Of a DNA stretch of 64,000 nt, positions 60,647 to 64,000 are shown piece after piece. Position 1 is the stretch's first letter. Each line of letters starts with the position of its first letter. The DNA lies in contig CAWAIF010000003.1 in NCBI GenBank assembly GCA_963782055.1, forward strand, positions 4,000,001-4,064,000. The letters run 5' to 3'. The translations under genes were made by a program, and so were the position numbers. Under the pieces are notes generated by a model. The model was not told where the DNA came from. It ran no database searches and saw only the letters and a list, made by a program, of their open reading frames with translations. This stretch comes from an uncultured delta proteobacterium (GTDB lineage: Bacteria > Myxococcota_A > Polyangia > Polyangiales > Polyangiaceae).

Positions 60647-61639
60647 TCAGCGCATCCGCACGAACATCGACTCCAGCACGAGCTGCGGCGAGGCGTTGCG
60701 GTCCAGCTCGCGCAGCGCGCGCAGGGTGGCCTCGTGGCGCGCGGCGGTGAGGTCGGCGCGCGGATCGCTCGCGACGGCGAGCGCGCGCGCGTCGGCGGCG
60801 AAGCGCGCCCCCAGCGCCAGCAGACGATCGGGGAGCACGGCCTTCTCGCGCTTGGCTTCCTCGGCGAGGGCGAGCGCCTCGCTCAGCGTGGGCGCCGCGA
60901 CCGCCGCCAGCGCGCGGTCGACGAACGCCTCACGCGCCCCCGCCTGCTCCGGGTCGGCCAGGGAGAGCGCGGTGGCCGCGCTGCCGCCGGCGAGGGCGGC
61001 AATCCCCCGCGCGCGCTCCGGCTCGGTCCCGCGGCGCTCCAGGATCCGCGCGACGAGATCTTCCGGCAGCGGACCGAAGCGCACGCGCTGGGTGCGCGAG
61101 CGGATGGTGGACAGGAGCGACCCACCCTGCGAGGTGAGGAGCACGAAGTGCGTCCGCGCGATGGGCTCCTCCAGCGTCTTGAGCAGGGCGTTGGCGGCGC
61201 TGGTGGAGAGCTCCTCGGCGCGACGGACGATGAACACCTTGGCCCGCCCCTCGTGCGGTGGGAAGGCGGCGCGCGCCAGCACCAGCGTGCGCACCTGATC
61301 GATGGAGATGTCCTGCGTCTCCGGCGTGCGCCGGCCGATCTGCGCGGCCTCGTAGAGCCCACGCTCCAGCACCACCACGTCCGGGTGCACCGGCCGCCGC
61401 TCGCCCTCGCGGGGCACCGCGCGCGTGCAGGCCCCGCACTCTCCGCAGGCGGACTCGCCGTCGGGCGCGCGGCGCTCGCAGACCAGCGCCTGCGCGAGCC
61501 CGAAGGCCGCCAGCTCCTTGCCCACGCCCTCCGGCCCGTCGAAGAGGTAGGCGTGGTGCACGCGGCCGGCGGCGAGCGCGCGGTGCAGCGTGGCCACCGC
61601 CGTGGGCTGAGCTTCGACCCGAGAGAGCAGCGGCGTCAT
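60647..61639 (-). CDS. holB: DNA polymerase III subunit delta'
   Basis: HAYLFDGPEGVGK, CGECGAC, HPD, ANALLKTLEEP and TIRSR motifs. Confidence 0.93.
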   Translation of the reverse strand: MTPLLSRVEAQPTAVATLHRALAAGRVHHAYLFDGPEGVGKELAAFGLAQALVCERRAPDGESACGECGACTRAVPREGERRPVHPDVVVLERGLYEAAQIGRRTPETQDISIDQVRTLVLARAAFPPHEGRAKVFIVRRAEELSTSAANALLKTLEEPIARTHFVLLTSQGGSLLSTIRSRTQRVRFGPLPEDLVARILERRGTEPERARGIAALAGGSAATALSLADPEQAGAREAFVDRALAAVAAPTLSEALALAEEAKREKAVLPDRLLALGARFAADARALAVASDPRADLTAARHEATLRALRELDRNASPQLVLESMFVRMR

Positions 61640-61646
61640 CCCGGAC

Positions 61647-62300
61647 CTACTTCTCCAGCGTGCTCTTGCCGCCGGGCAGCACGTCGAAGGTGCCATCGGC
61701 GAGCAGCGCCCCGCGGTAGGCGCGCGACCCCGACGACGACGCGAGCACCACCAGGCGCTCGTCCCCCAGTCCCGTGTATTCTGCAAATACCACCGCGTCC
61801 CCCAGATCGGGCGCGCCGCTGCCCACCCGCTCGGCGTGCAGGGGCAGCCGCCGCTTGCGCTCGAAGCGCTCGCCGTCTCGCTCGATGGTGCTCGGAGGCT
61901 CCGCGCCCAGGCGCAGGTCGCCCTCCACCGGAGCCAGCCACACCAGCTCCCGCGCCGGGTCCGGCCTGGCGAGCACCGCGCGGTCGCCCCCCGCGTCGGG
62001 CGAGACGAAGAGCACCAGGCTGGCGCGCTCTCCCCGCCCCTCCGAGAGCACCAGGGCGCCGGCGAGCCACGCCTCCTCGCCGCCCGCGCGGAGCACCACG
62101 TCGCCCAGCTCGCAGGCGAAGCCCTCCATCGGCGCCGTCGTCCGGGGCGGCGGCGCCTCCTCCGCCTCCTGCTCCTCCTCCGCTTCCCCGGGCTTGCCAC
62201 CATCCGCCGGGGTCGCCGCCGGACGACGCTCCCCGCGGGCGATGAACCGCCCGAGCAGGATGCCGCCCGCGATGAGCGCCCCCGTCAGGAGGAGGCTCAT
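61647..62300 (-). CDS. hypothetical protein with N-terminal TM (possibly DUF4178-like)
   Basis: ATGA overlap with thiE; hydrophobic N-terminus; coding-like frame. Confidence 0.6.
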   Translation of the reverse strand: MSLLLTGALIAGGILLGRFIARGERRPAATPADGGKPGEAEEEQEAEEAPPPRTTAPMEGFACELGDVVLRAGGEEAWLAGALVLSEGRGERASLVLFVSPDAGGDRAVLARPDPARELVWLAPVEGDLRLGAEPPSTIERDGERFERKRRLPLHAERVGSGAPDLGDAVVFAEYTGLGDERLVVLASSSGSRAYRGALLADGTFDVLPGGKSTLEK

Positions 62301-62986
62301 CGGGCCTCCTCCTGCGCGAAGGCGTCCCCAGCACGTGACGCCCCATGGATCGCCCTGACGTACACCTCCGCCTGCGCGCGCACCGCGGCGCGGGCCGCCG
62401 CGCCGGTGGTCCCGGGCGCGGGGAGCAGGCCGCCGATCACCGCGACCAGATCCGCCAGCCGCGCCACCTCCGCCGCCCGCTCCGGGGTGATGCCGCCGAT
62501 CGCGCACAGCGGGGCGCGACCGCGCGCGCGCGCCGACGCGACGCGCAGCCCGGCGAGGCCCACCACCGGGTCTGGCGCAGGCTTCGACGCCGTCGCGTAC
62601 ACCGGTCCGAAGGCGACGTACGCCGGACGCTCGGCGAGCGCGCGCTCGAGCTGCCCGACGTCGTGCGTCGAGATGCCGAGGGCGAGCCCCGGCGACGCGC
62701 GCCGCACCTCCGCGGGCGAGGCGTCCGACTGGCCGACGTGCAGGAACGTGCACCCTGCAAGCAGCGCCAGGTCCGGCCTGTCGTTGACCACCAGCGGCGC
62801 GCCCGCCGCGGCGCACGCCGGCGCGAGGGCGCGGAGGCAGTCCACCACCGCCGTGTCCGGCGCCGCCTTCGCGCGCAGCTGCACCACGCGCGCGCCGCCC
62901 TCCAGCGCCGCCTCGGCGAAGGCGAGCGGATCGAGCGCGCGCTCCTCCAGCGCGCCCAGGTCGACGATCGCGTACAGGCCGTGCAT
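62297..62986 (-). CDS. thiE: thiamine-phosphate synthase
   Basis: VQLRAK, VNDR, HVGQSD, STH, GPVYATASK and AIGGIT motifs. Confidence 0.95.
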   Translation of the reverse strand: MHGLYAIVDLGALEERALDPLAFAEAALEGGARVVQLRAKAAPDTAVVDCLRALAPACAAAGAPLVVNDRPDLALLAGCTFLHVGQSDASPAEVRRASPGLALGISTHDVGQLERALAERPAYVAFGPVYATASKPAPDPVVGLAGLRVASARARGRAPLCAIGGITPERAAEVARLADLVAVIGGLLPAPGTTGAAARAAVRAQAEVYVRAIHGASRAGDAFAQEEAR

Positions 62987-63019
62987 CCGGGCAGGTGCGT
63001 ACCACGCCGTCACCCCACG

Positions 63020-64000
63020 TCAATCGCGCCGGGGCGGCGGCCGCGGCTCGAGGCGCACGATCCGCGCTCCCTGCTCGACCCGCGCCGCGCCCGGAGCCAG
63101 CGGCGGCTCGATCCCCAGCAGGTCGCCGCGCGCCGCCTCCTCCCAGGCGTCGCCGCGCACGCGATGACGGTCGAGCCTCGCCACCCGCGGGCGCCCCCAC
63201 GCCGCCTCCCCGTCCTGCTCCAGCTCACCGCAGAGGAAGAGCTCGCTCTTGCCCTTGCTCCGCAGCGGACGGCTCGTCACGCGCAGAGGGCGCGGCCTCT
63301 CGCCGAGCGCGTCGCGCAGCGTCGCGCCGTCACGGCGGAGCACCACGTAGGAGAAGGTAAGGCCCTGCCATCGCAGGCCGGCGCCCCGCGCGAGCGGCGC
63401 GAGCCACTCCGGGAGGTCCACCGGCAGATCCTCGTGGCACCAGTCGTCGGAGGTGGCGAGCGCGGGACACGCCGTCTGGTGCAGGCACGGGGCGAAGACC
63501 CGGCTCTTGCCGGCCGACAGCACGCGGTCGCGCACGGCGTGGAGGTGGCGTGTCGCCGGACGCAGCGCCGGCTCGACGACCACCAGCGAGCCCGAGGGCG
63601 CCAGCTCGTCCGCGAGCGCGTCGAGCAGCGCCGCGTGCTCCGCCACGCGGTCCTCATCCACCCGATCGCGCCCCATCTCGCAGAGCACCTGCCCGAGCAG
63701 GACCAGATCGAACGGCCCGCCGCGCCGCTGGACCGGACCGCGCGCCACGCGCACCCGCACCGCCACGCCGCCCTCGCCGCGCCGCTCGGCAGCGATGGAC
63801 TCGGCCAGGGCGAGCGCGCCGGCGTCGTGATCCACCAGCAGCGCGTCCACCTCGCCGCTGTCGCCCGCCGCCGCGAGCGCGCGCGCCACGCCCCACGTCG
63901 TCGCGCCCAGACCCGCGCCGAGGTCCAGCACGCGCAGGGGCCGCCCGGGCTCCAGCGCCAGCCGACCCGCCGCCACCAGCTCGCGCACCGCGCACGCGCT
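63020..64000 (-). CDS. Rsm22/METTL17-like SAM-dependent methyltransferase (5' truncated by window)
   Basis: VLDLGAGLG, VVEP, APCLHQTACP, WCH, FSY and RSKG motifs. Confidence 0.82.
   Translation of the reverse strand, partial: SACAVRELVAAGRLALEPGRPLRVLDLGAGLGATTWGVARALAAAGDSGEVDALLVDHDAGALALAESIAAERRGEGGVAVRVRVARGPVQRRGGPFDLVLLGQVLCEMGRDRVDEDRVAEHAALLDALADELAPSGSLVVVEPALRPATRHLHAVRDRVLSAGKSRVFAPCLHQTACPALATSDDWCHEDLPVDLPEWLAPLARGAGLRWQGLTFSYVVLRRDGATLRDALGERPRPLRVTSRPLRSKGKSELFLCGELEQDGEAAWGRPRVARLDRHRVRGDAWEEAARGDLLGIEPPLAPGAARVEQGARIVRLEPRPPPRRD

Overview
A very GC-rich, gene-dense core-chromosome segment, most likely from a myxobacterium (Myxococcota). The taxonomy is inferred from romR beside valS, an MglB/MglC-type roadblock gene upstream of accBC, an SgmX-like TPR protein, FHA proteins and Cys-rich lipoproteins. 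About 63 CDS are supported, including ppx (partial), queD, map, recN, hisF, aroQ-accB-accC, tolQRAB, pdxA, three TldD/PmbA genes, skp-lpxD-fabZ-lpxA, hrcA, romR-valS, an NtrC-type regulator, holB and thiE. I saw no rRNA, tRNA, CRISPR array or transposase. Main observations: (1) most transcription-unit-first genes have a TAnnn(T) -10-like hexamer only 6-9 nt before the start codon and no SD, which suggests pervasive leaderless transcription; (2) 17-24.5 kb holds four probable pseudoenzymes (Fic without catalytic His, pseudokinase, double pseudo-histidine kinase, aconitase/LeuC without Fe-S cysteines); (3) three +1 frameshifts (valS, hrcA, an FHA gene) lie at or next to AGATC, two in the identical context CCAGAATCC, probably assembly errors; (4) a translationally coupled tldD-tldE-ALDH-deoxynucleoside kinase operon; (5) palindromic elements read into protein C-termini. 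All calls come from reading motifs by eye; no searches were run.
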